Of a DNA stretch of 64,000 nt, positions 1 through 8,417 are shown piece by piece; position 1 is the first letter of the stretch, and every line of letters begins with the position of its first letter. The notes beneath the pieces were generated by a model, which had not been told where the DNA came from, did no database searches, and saw only the letters and a list, made by a program, of their open reading frames with translations. A program made the position numbers and the translations under genes. The DNA comes from an uncultured Muribaculaceae bacterium (GTDB lineage: Bacteria; Bacteroidota; Bacteroidia; Bacteroidales; Muribaculaceae). The stretch is from positions 13,724 through 77,723 of the forward strand of contig CANQQE010000007.1 in the NCBI GenBank assembly GCA_947625935.1, read 5' to 3'.

Positions 1-2453
1 AAATAAAACGTCTTGACCAGCATACCTGAACCCGTATCTTTGATCTGGAGCCTTACCCATGCCTTCTCGCCGGAATAGATTCCTTTAAAGAAATACCTCG
101 CCCAGCCCTCACGGGAAACTGTATCTTCGTGATAAAAATCCTTGCCCATGTTCTCTTTGAATTCGGGATCCTTAAAGGATTCCCAAATACACTGCATGCC
201 GACAAAATGCTGGGACTTTAAATAATCCATGTGGAACCGGACGCCGAATCTTCTGGGGAAGGACAATCCCGCCAGGTCGACGTTCTGAGAGAGCGTGCCG
301 GAAGTCAACGTCGAAATCGTAGGATCCGTAAAGAATGCCATGGCCGTGATAGCTATACCGTATACCGAAGCCATCATCTTCTCAGCCCCGCCCATTGCTT
401 TCAAAGCATTATTCGCATTTGACACCAGCGTCCTCATGGAATTCTTCGGCAGCATATCCGTAGCGTTGAAATACAGCGTCAACAGATCCGGCTCTTTCTG
501 ATGGTCCCATACAGGCTCACGTTCCAATGCTTCTTCTGAAAGACGTTCTATTTCAGCCTGTTCTTCTGCTGAAAGCTCCGTATAATCACGCCCATGCGCG
601 ATTTCATCCGCTTTCTCTTTTGCCAAAGTCGTCGGCGGCTGTTGTTTCTTGGAACTCATCTGGACAAAAAGCTGGTAACAGTTATACAGCGTCACCTTGC
701 CCCACATCTCGTCGATCTTGAGTTCCAGCACCTTACGATCGATATTTTTGACCGCAGCTAAACGGCGCATTTCTTTCTCTTCTTCCAGGTAATAGTCGAT
801 CAAGCCGTAAGCCGCACGCTTAAACGCATTGTTTGCCGCATTAGGCCACACCGGGTCTTCTCCGCCGTCTACCGGGAAAAAGACTTCCGCGATATTTTCG
901 ACGTACATAGCGCACTTCGTAGAGTTTCCATCCCGTGCCGCGTCTGCCGCCAGTGCCAGAGGATTATAGATATCCGTTTTCATCGGGTTGATGAGGTTGA
1001 ACTGCACGATCGTAAAACCGCGCACCGTGCCCCTCACGTAATTTTTAACCAAAAGCTCGCCTTTTGGATCGTTGATGACCATATTATTCGGTCTATTCTC
1101 CCGCGTCCACATGTCGATCGTCGGTTCGATAATGGTCTGACCTTTACCTGCACGAGTGATAGCAAGGACCATCGTGTTGACCGGCGCCGTATCAACGATG
1201 TAAATGCCGCCGGGCCTCTGAGGCTCATATACCGGAAACGTCCAGTCTTTATTGATCAGAGCGTCCACGGTATCGTAATCCTTTAATTTATCCAAATTAG
1301 CGTTACCGGGATTATAAGGAATATCCGTAGCGTTATAATACTTCCGGGCATATTTCTCTTTCGGCACTTTAGAAGAATCGAACAACGCCTCAGAAAAAGA
1401 GTTATCGATCATCGGTACCATAGTCGTAATCGGCTCTCCATTTTCGTCACGCAGGATGTCGCCTTTGTAAGTGATGATGTCGCCGTCCTCGTCTTTGATG
1501 TCTTTATCCGCACGCTTTGCCAGCGCGATCTTTTTCAGTCCCTTGTTCGTGATCATCATATGCGAGATCATCGAACTCACCATTACGTTGCTGTGCGCTC
1601 CCACGTCCGGAAAAATATCGTACATGGTCTGCACTTCTTCAGGGAGGGCAATATGCTGATCATTGTGATACTGATTGATATCCGAAGTATCAGACATGAT
1701 ATTCTGTGCATCCAGGTTCTTCTTAGCCACCATATACATAATGGCGAACACGCCCATTGCAACAATAAAAGAAAATACTAATTTAATAGGCGTCGGCCTT
1801 AAATCCAGAAGCCTTTTATGAAACAGCTTATCTGCTGTGTCAACCGGCTGCATTTTATGATCCAGGATCACATAACGGTATGCGTTCTGATCAAGCACAA
1901 AGCCGTAATTTGCCAGATAGACGTTGTCCTGAATGCCGTTCTCGATCTCGATATCGTCAGCATTGCCGTATTCATTATCATAGTCGATATACGTATGCAG
2001 TGCGGCATCGGTATAAACATCGCCGTATCCGTCCACCGTTCCGAGATAATACTCTTCGTTAATGTCCAGCTTTTGATAGATGCGGGAATATACCTGTTCC
2101 GTCTCAATATCCTCTTTTGTTTCAGGCGTGATATAAGACGGCATCTTCCGGTCCGTAATATTGATCAGAACGCCGCTCGTCTTATTGTAAATATATTTTG
2201 TGAACTGATTCTCCGTAACGACGTTACCCTCTTCGTCATACTGGATCTTCTCGTATTTAAGAACAGGTACCTGCGTCCGGATCGTGACATATTGATAGTT
2301 CGACTCGATCTTGCTCGCATCGTAGAACTTTTTGTTCCACGCAGCGTTGATCCCGTCACAGACGCCGGTCATCTCGACCAGCGCAACGATCCAGTAAACC
2401 AGCGCGAACACAACCAGCGACAACGCCAGCACCATAAGAGCGCGTGACGTCAT
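1..2453 (-). CDS. Type IV coupling protein (VirD4/TraG family), C-terminus cut by the window edge
   Basis: Minus-strand frame is open from ATG 2453 to position 1. It is missing from the ORF track only because it has no in-window stop. My translation shows an N-terminal TM helix MTSRALMVLALSLVVFALVYWIVALV, P-loop LAITRAGKGQTIIEP, NDPKGELL, and EDPVWPNAANNAFKRAAYGLIDYY, all typical of T4CPs. Confidence 0.8.
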   Translation of the reverse strand, partial: MTSRALMVLALSLVVFALVYWIVALVEMTGVCDGINAAWNKKFYDASKIESNYQYVTIRTQVPVLKYEKIQYDEEGNVVTENQFTKYIYNKTSGVLINITDRKMPSYITPETKEDIETEQVYSRIYQKLDINEEYYLGTVDGYGDVYTDAALHTYIDYDNEYGNADDIEIENGIQDNVYLANYGFVLDQNAYRYVILDHKMQPVDTADKLFHKRLLDLRPTPIKLVFSFIVAMGVFAIMYMVAKKNLDAQNIMSDTSDINQYHNDQHIALPEEVQTMYDIFPDVGAHSNVMVSSMISHMMITNKGLKKIALAKRADKDIKDEDGDIITYKGDILRDENGEPITTMVPMIDNSFSEALFDSSKVPKEKYARKYYNATDIPYNPGNANLDKLKDYDTVDALINKDWTFPVYEPQRPGGIYIVDTAPVNTMVLAITRAGKGQTIIEPTIDMWTRENRPNNMVINDPKGELLVKNYVRGTVRGFTIVQFNLINPMKTDIYNPLALAADAARDGNSTKCAMYVENIAEVFFPVDGGEDPVWPNAANNAFKRAAYGLIDYYLEEEKEMRRLAAVKNIDRKVLELKIDEMWGKVTLYNCYQLFVQMSSKKQQPPTTLAKEKADEIAHGRDYTELSAEEQAEIERLSEEALEREPVWDHQKEPDLLTLYFNATDMLPKNSMRTLVSNANNALKAMGGAEKMMASVYGIAITAMAFFTDPTISTLTSGTLSQNVDLAGLSFPRRFGVRFHMDYLKSQHFVGMQCIWESFKDPEFKENMGKDFYHEDTVSREGWARYFFKGIYSGEKAWVRLQIKDTGSGMLVKTFY

Positions 2454-2594
2454 CGTCTGTTTTTCTTCGATATGGGAACGGTCTAACTGCTGGTCCTCGT
2501 AGACGTCGCGGTACCTGGCGTCGTCCTCGGCCTTTTGATTTTGGATCTTATTCCAGTTGGTTTTCTTCGCCATTTTGTTCAATCCTTTCCGGGT

Positions 2595-2774
2595 TTAATT
2601 TTGATCACCCTGCGTACAGTAATTTAAGATCGCACGCTCAATGGCCTTGGTCTTGGACTGGCCGGTTATTTCGCAGTGCCGGATCAGTGCGTCATATGCC
2701 GGTTTCTCGACATACGCGCTGACCAGCGTACCCTCTTTTTTATGTCTTTTTTCCTCAGATCTTGTTCCGTTCAT
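2595..2774 (-). CDS. Ribbon-helix-helix (CopG/MetJ-like) DNA-binding protein, 59 aa; candidate relaxosome accessory protein or regulator
   Basis: Below the 60-aa cutoff of the ORF track. SD GGGAGGAC lies 6 nt upstream of ATG 2774. Translation: MNGTRSEEKRHKKEGTLVSAYVEKPAYDALIRHCEITGQSKTKAIERAILNYCTQGDQN. It is a clear paralogue of CDS 43105..43296 (shared motif HCE(I/V)TGQ(S/T)KT.AIERAI). Confidence 0.7.
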   Translation of the reverse strand: MNGTRSEEKRHKKEGTLVSAYVEKPAYDALIRHCEITGQSKTKAIERAILNYCTQGDQN

Positions 2775-2788
2775 GTTAAAAGTCCTCC

Positions 2789-5239
2789 CTATTCTTGAAT
2801 CTCAGAATCCTGAATCTCAGAACTCATGCCATCATGGATCTGCATATCTTCGTCAAGCTCGTAGTAATGCACAATAGGTGCTGTCTGTGTATCGTTTCCA
2901 CCGGCCATGATCCTGCAGCCGATCAGGATGCCGATGCCCAATGCAGCGGCCACGCCGACCACCATTACCGAAATTTTGATCTTATCGGTATATCTATGCA
3001 GGTTCTTGATCTGATTTGCGCGATCTGTCCAGGCTTCCCGCTCGGATTTCAGCATGTCGATCTGATTTGCATATTTCCTGCCGACTTTTTCATCAAGCTC
3101 GGCATATTTCTTGGTCATGACTTCGATCCGGTTGTTTGCGGAACTGAGCTGTTCTTCCAGTGTCTGAACTTCTTTTGCCTTGAGATTCATCTGTTCTGCA
3201 TGACGGTCACGCAGCGTCTGCATATCTTTTTCATGGGCATCCTGCATTGCCTGGATATGGTTCTCATGTTCTGCGTTATTCTGAGCGATCTCCGCCCGAA
3301 CAGCTTCCAAACGCATTTCGAAATCGCTTTTCGCAGCATCGAGCTTGGCGTCATATTCATTCTGGGCATTTACGACTTCGTTGCTGCGGCGCTGCTGTTC
3401 CGTAAGAGCCATGATACGCGTATGCTCAGCGGCCATGTTCTCATTCTCAAAGTTTGTGATGACCTGCTGCAGCCGGACATATTCGGCACGCTCATTGGCC
3501 ATCATCTTCGTGTACTCATCGGCACATAATTTCAAGGCATCGGTGATACCTACATCCAGCTGCCGCTTTGCCTCATTCTTGCGCTCTTTTTGAAGATTCT
3601 CATATGCGGCCACATATTCAGATTCAATATTGCTGCGCAGATCCATCTCAATATCGCGCATCTCGCGCTCATGTTCCTTGCCCCATTTGTTGATGAAGTT
3701 GATCTTAGCAACATTCGCACCGTTCGCCATTTCCTGCTGCAGCCTGTCCTGGTAATTCTTCTCTTTCTCGCGCTTATACGCCTCTGCTGTCTGCGCAATG
3801 CCTGCCAGCTGCTCTTCTTTGACCTGACGAATCGCTTTTAACGCATAGCCGAACCGACTCTTAGGATCGTCTGTGGCCACGGCTTTTACGATCTGCTCAC
3901 AGTGCTTGTTGATGATCAGCATGAACCTCTCACGCATGAGCAGCAGATTTTCCTGATGCAGTTTTGCGAGCCTTGCGTTCGCGTCCCGTCTTAAATTATT
4001 GACCTGCCCTGCCAGCCATCCGCCGCTCGTATCCTCAACAAAAGGCACATAAGTATTATTCTGCAGAAACATCGCGTCAAACGGCTGAGAAGAGATTTCA
4101 AGATCCAGCTCGTCAGAATAATATTTTCTTGTAATATAGGAATCCATTTCCTGCACATCAAATGTCGATACCGTCGGAGAAATCAGGTTTGACGCCGCGA
4201 TATCGGGATCCTGCTCTGCCTCAGAAACAGCCTGCGCCGTGGCGTTTTTTAACGCAGCCAGCTTATCCGACATGGCGCCGGCCTCAGGATTCGTATCCGC
4301 GGAAGCCTCAGCAGGCGTCTCATCCGGATTTTCGCCCGCGATCTCATTCTTCGTCTCGTGCATACGGTTCTCTGCCGCAGCCGCTTTATTTGCCGCTTCT
4401 GTCACGGTCTCAGCCAGCTGCTCTTTCTTGGTCTCGACATTTTCAGGATCGATCTCATCAAGTCCTGCCTGGTCATCCGGGATATCTTCATCGTCATCAG
4501 GCTCTTCGTCGTCAGGCTCCGCTTCATCCCCAGGCTGCTCTTCAGGTGTCTCATCAAGTTCTGCCTCAGATTTCGACTCGTCCGGACAGATGATTTCCCG
4601 CTCACCGGTCAACTCATTGATCTCGCCATACTGGATATTAGACTGCAGACCGCGGATCCATTCTTCCACAGAAATATGATTCTTGATCTTTTCGTGAATG
4701 CTGTTCATATCAGTGTAAATCGGATCTTTAGTATCAATATAAGTCTCAATCGAGATATCATGATTATCGTTCACATATATGATAGAAAACTTGAGATCAA
4801 AAGTCTCCTCAAATTCTTCCAGGGCATGAATCGTCTTTTCCGTAGGAATCAGTAAGATCAGTTCGCTGTCGAAAAGCGCGTTTTCGATTACAGCATCCAT
4901 AGAACTCTTGATCGCCGTCATGATCGAGCCGATATCGTCATCTGCCTTGTTCGAGAAATCATCGACAATCTTAGTGTCAAAACCGAGCAAGACGTATTTC
5001 GTTCCCTGGGTGCCGTCATCGTAATCCTCGACCATGACGAAATCAGGAATATCGGTCTTCATGATATCCAGCACGCTGTTCCACACTGTCTCATCGAATT
5101 TCTTCTTCATGTTTTTGATCTTTTTGATCCTCTGCCTGTCAATCTCAGGCTCTTTCGGCTGCTTGGACTCCTTGATGTTCTCGTCTGTCCCGTCCTCTGT
5201 CTTCGTCTTTCTTTTGAATGAATTTTTAAAAAATCCCAT
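2789..5239 (-). CDS. Tail-anchored coiled-coil protein of the transfer operon (function unknown)
   Basis: 816-aa ORF with an AAAGGA SD. It has an N-terminal globular part, an acidic P/E/D linker, a roughly 450-aa E/K/Q/A-rich coiled-coil-like region and a C-terminal TM VMVVGVAAALGIGILIGC. Confidence 0.7.
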   Translation of the reverse strand: MGFFKNSFKRKTKTEDGTDENIKESKQPKEPEIDRQRIKKIKNMKKKFDETVWNSVLDIMKTDIPDFVMVEDYDDGTQGTKYVLLGFDTKIVDDFSNKADDDIGSIMTAIKSSMDAVIENALFDSELILLIPTEKTIHALEEFEETFDLKFSIIYVNDNHDISIETYIDTKDPIYTDMNSIHEKIKNHISVEEWIRGLQSNIQYGEINELTGEREIICPDESKSEAELDETPEEQPGDEAEPDDEEPDDDEDIPDDQAGLDEIDPENVETKKEQLAETVTEAANKAAAAENRMHETKNEIAGENPDETPAEASADTNPEAGAMSDKLAALKNATAQAVSEAEQDPDIAASNLISPTVSTFDVQEMDSYITRKYYSDELDLEISSQPFDAMFLQNNTYVPFVEDTSGGWLAGQVNNLRRDANARLAKLHQENLLLMRERFMLIINKHCEQIVKAVATDDPKSRFGYALKAIRQVKEEQLAGIAQTAEAYKREKEKNYQDRLQQEMANGANVAKINFINKWGKEHEREMRDIEMDLRSNIESEYVAAYENLQKERKNEAKRQLDVGITDALKLCADEYTKMMANERAEYVRLQQVITNFENENMAAEHTRIMALTEQQRRSNEVVNAQNEYDAKLDAAKSDFEMRLEAVRAEIAQNNAEHENHIQAMQDAHEKDMQTLRDRHAEQMNLKAKEVQTLEEQLSSANNRIEVMTKKYAELDEKVGRKYANQIDMLKSEREAWTDRANQIKNLHRYTDKIKISVMVVGVAAALGIGILIGCRIMAGGNDTQTAPIVHYYELDEDMQIHDGMSSEIQDSEIQE

Positions 5240-5264
5240 CTCCGTAAATCCTTTCTTATTATTT

Positions 5265-7088
5265 TTATTGGTTCATAGTTTTTGCTATCTGGTTAAACGT
5301 ATTCTGCGTCTCATCGTCAAGCTCTACAAATTTCTCGCCCACAACAACGTATGCCTGTGTTTCCAGCTGTGTCTTATCCAGTACGGCCATCTTTCCGGCA
5401 ATGCTGACGTAGACATCTTTTTGCGTCTTGTGTTCGTTAATGTATCTCGAAAGCGGTACGATCAATTCACGCTCCAGCTTAGATACAACGATACGGGCAC
5501 CACCGGAATCAGAATCCGTATCCAGCTTATCATATATCAGATATAAAAATATATTCTTGTGGACATGCAGGTTCACATTATGCCGCTGCTTCACACGGTC
5601 TTTGAGCGACTGCAGCTTCATATTGACGATGCCCATCATCGTACGCTTTGACAGCGGCTGAAAAGGAACAATGCAGTCGATACGGCCTAACAGCTCAGGC
5701 GGAAACTTATTTCCTGATTGGCTCTTGATCGACTCACGGATCAGCTTATCGTACTTTTCCATCATACGGAAATCCGCTTTATCGGATTCGCCATACGCCG
5801 AAATAACTTTATAGATCTCATTACCGGCATTCGTTGTGATGATGATATAAGCGTTCTTAAATGTCACCTCACGCTCATTCTCATCCAGCAGACGGCCGTC
5901 ATCCAGCACCTGCAACAAAAGCCTTGTCACGGACGGCGCCGCTTTCTCGATCTCATCCAGCAAAATAATGCAATACGGCAGAATAGAGACCTTTCTGGTC
6001 AGCTCAGTCCTAAACCTGGCGATTGAATCATCCTGCGCATACTCTGTCATATCGAAACGGATCAGGTTACGGTCATCATCATATAAGATCTGGGCCAGCT
6101 GCTTTGTCGTCTCTGTTTTACCGGTACCGGTAGATCCTGTGAATAAAAACGAACTCATAGGCCGATTCGGGTTGTTCAGGCCGGCCACGCAGATCTGTAG
6201 TCTCTGCTCGATCATTGACGTGGCTACTTCCTGGGCCAGGACTTTTTTATCCAGCTCTTTTTTAATTGTCGTCGCATCTACTCGGAAGGCCACGTTGATG
6301 CCCTCTGTTTCGTAGATAACGTCTGCCAGGAGCTTAGAATCCAGGCGCCGCCCCGTAAGCCTGTACCAGCCGATCATGGAATCCAGGATTAAAATCGACT
6401 TACGCGGCTGGGAATTAGCCGGGATATACCGGTTCGTATACTCATAAATCGAGTGATAAAGCGACTCTTTATGCGGTTCCACACCGTAACGCTCGCACAT
6501 ATTTTTCAAAATCGAAACCACAACATCTTCACCCGGCTGTACCAGCTTAATACGCTGCAGACGTTCTACCAGAGGCAGGTTCGGCGCAATATACTGCTGA
6601 TACTCAACATGCGTGGTTGCAGCGATAACTCTGATGCCGCGGGTACCGGAATCAGCCAGCAGCGGCTTTAACACTTCGACTGCAGCCGGCGATAACTGCA
6701 CGATCTGATGGAACTCGTCAATGAATAACACGATTTCACGGTTCATGTTCACGCGGTATCGGGAAACCTCATCAAACAAAGTTTTTAATCGATCAGCCAT
6801 CTCGTTTTCATTTTTTAAATTCGCGATCATTTTGGAAAGATCAACTTCCAGATAAGTACGCCCGGTATCTTTGACCATGATGCCCTGCACCAGGGCTGTT
6901 TTACCGGCACCGGCCTCAGCCAGCAGCAGCACATTACAATACTCAGGCTTCAGCATGGCAGCCATGACCTGCTCCATCTCATGTTCCCTGCCGACGAGCT
7001 GTCTGGTCATGGGCTTCAGATGATTCGTATATTTGTTCATATACGGATACGCTTCAATCAGATCTGTATCTTTATCATCGAAAAGCAT
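5265..7088 (-). CDS. ClpA/ClpB-like double-AAA+ ATPase (no N-domain or M-domain)
   Basis: D1 has Walker A LLLAEAGAGKTALV and Walker B VLFIDEFHQ. D2 has Walker A FLFTGSTGTGKTETT, Walker B IILLDEIEKA, DGRLLD..REVTFKNAYIIITTN and PPELLGRIDCIVPF. GGAGG SD. Confidence 0.8.
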   Translation of the reverse strand: MLFDDKDTDLIEAYPYMNKYTNHLKPMTRQLVGREHEMEQVMAAMLKPEYCNVLLLAEAGAGKTALVQGIMVKDTGRTYLEVDLSKMIANLKNENEMADRLKTLFDEVSRYRVNMNREIVLFIDEFHQIVQLSPAAVEVLKPLLADSGTRGIRVIAATTHVEYQQYIAPNLPLVERLQRIKLVQPGEDVVVSILKNMCERYGVEPHKESLYHSIYEYTNRYIPANSQPRKSILILDSMIGWYRLTGRRLDSKLLADVIYETEGINVAFRVDATTIKKELDKKVLAQEVATSMIEQRLQICVAGLNNPNRPMSSFLFTGSTGTGKTETTKQLAQILYDDDRNLIRFDMTEYAQDDSIARFRTELTRKVSILPYCIILLDEIEKAAPSVTRLLLQVLDDGRLLDENEREVTFKNAYIIITTNAGNEIYKVISAYGESDKADFRMMEKYDKLIRESIKSQSGNKFPPELLGRIDCIVPFQPLSKRTMMGIVNMKLQSLKDRVKQRHNVNLHVHKNIFLYLIYDKLDTDSDSGGARIVVSKLERELIVPLSRYINEHKTQKDVYVSIAGKMAVLDKTQLETQAYVVVGEKFVELDDETQNTFNQIAKTMNQ

Positions 7089-7132
7089 AAAAATTCCTCC
7101 ATAACAAAATTATTAAGATTCTATCGAAACCT

Positions 7133-7161
7133 ATTTTATCATATAATTTTTTAAAAAACAA
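7133..7161 (-). promoter_or_regulatory. Sigma-A-type promoter for the Clp-like/coiled-coil/RHH/T4CP operon
   Basis: Read on the minus strand: TTGTTT - 17 nt - TAAAAT. Confidence 0.5.
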
Positions 7162-7191
7162 TATAAAAATGTATATTTTTATTAAATAATA

Positions 7192-7232
7192 ACATAAAAA
7201 AAGAACAATGTTTAAATCTAAACATTGTTCTT
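7192..7232 (-). terminator. Rho-independent terminator after CDS 7240..8340
   Basis: 14-bp stem AAGAACAATGTTTA / TAAACATTGTTCTT with a 4-nt loop and a U-run on the minus strand. Confidence 0.85.
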
Positions 7233-7239
7233 GAATTTT

Positions 7240-8340
7240 TTATGCGTTTGCTTTCGCAGCTGCCTGCAATACTTCGGATTTCAGATCCGAAACCGAATCC
7301 CTAAGATTCTTCGCCAATGTATCGCCTTGATGTTCCTGCACGATCATCTCGGACAAGACATCAATAGGAGCTGCTGTTCCGTTCGCCCTGCTCTTCACCA
7401 GCGCATCCAGATTTCCATCAGAATCAGAATGTTCAAGTTCCTGGTTATAAAGGTTCTCACAGTACTGAACGCCATAAGTGCTGTCTTTGCCGGTAATGTC
7501 GGACGCGCTGACAAGTGAAAGTGCCGTCGTCTGCGTACCCGTGTTAATCGCCTGATTTGAATTTACTGCTGAATCGCTTCTCGTCTCGCCGCTGCTCTCC
7601 GCATTCTCGTTGTCCGCGTCGTCATCATCGTTTTCGTTAAAGGATTCAGCGCCATCCGCATCACCTGTTCGACCACTCACAGCCGGTGCTGCACCGGTCG
7701 ACCTGTTGTTATCATAGCAGAGATGATCTTCTTTGTCAAGCGTTTCATAAAAAATTTTTACGAAATCACAGATCTCATCAGGATACATGCTCTGCAGCAG
7801 CTCTGTAAGGCCCTGATGCAGCTCGAACAGCACTGTTTTTCCATCCAGCCTCAGATAATCAAATAAAATACAGTGCGGCGATTTATAGATCATATCGCCC
7901 CGCAGCGGCGCATCCAAAAGCATCTTGTTAAAATTAAATTTCAAAACTTTGACAGGATTCATGAGTGAAATATCATGCAGTCCCATCTGCTGGAACATTT
8001 CTGCCAGATACGGATTGTTCTGATCCAGTTCCATATTTACGAAACGCTTATATTCCATCAAAAAGCCGTCGCCCCGCAACAGTTCTTTGTAAAAATGCTT
8101 CGAAAACCCATAATCCCGGCGGGCCATCAGGTCGACCAGCATTTTGAACGCGATATCTGAAAAATAGACGATCCCGTTATCTTCGTTCTTGACATACACC
8201 TGCCGGCTGCTCTTGCTGTGATCACCTTCTGCCTCAGAATAAGCGAACACGCCGACCTGAGCGAAAATATGCTCGCCGTCCGGCTTATATTCGTTAATTG
8301 CGTCAAGATCCAGAATATCATCATTGCATCGAATTTTCAT
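7240..8340 (-). CDS. Hypothetical protein (acidic central region)
   Basis: ORF track gives 7240..8361. I moved the start to ATG 8340 because AAGGAG lies 7 nt upstream. The gene has its own promoter and terminator. Confidence 0.7.
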   Translation of the reverse strand: MKIRCNDDILDLDAINEYKPDGEHIFAQVGVFAYSEAEGDHSKSSRQVYVKNEDNGIVYFSDIAFKMLVDLMARRDYGFSKHFYKELLRGDGFLMEYKRFVNMELDQNNPYLAEMFQQMGLHDISLMNPVKVLKFNFNKMLLDAPLRGDMIYKSPHCILFDYLRLDGKTVLFELHQGLTELLQSMYPDEICDFVKIFYETLDKEDHLCYDNNRSTGAAPAVSGRTGDADGAESFNENDDDDADNENAESSGETRSDSAVNSNQAINTGTQTTALSLVSASDITGKDSTYGVQYCENLYNQELEHSDSDGNLDALVKSRANGTAAPIDVLSEMIVQEHQGDTLAKNLRDSVSDLKSEVLQAAAKANA

Positions 8341-8388
8341 GGTCAATCTCCTTATATACAATTTTATATAAACTTATTATTTTTATTT

Positions 8389-8417
8389 ATTTTAATATAA
8401 AAGCACACACCTGTCAA
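8389..8417 (-). promoter_or_regulatory. Promoter for CDS 7240..8340
   Basis: TTGACA - 17 nt - TAAAAT. The -35 box overlaps the relaxase stop codon. Confidence 0.55.
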
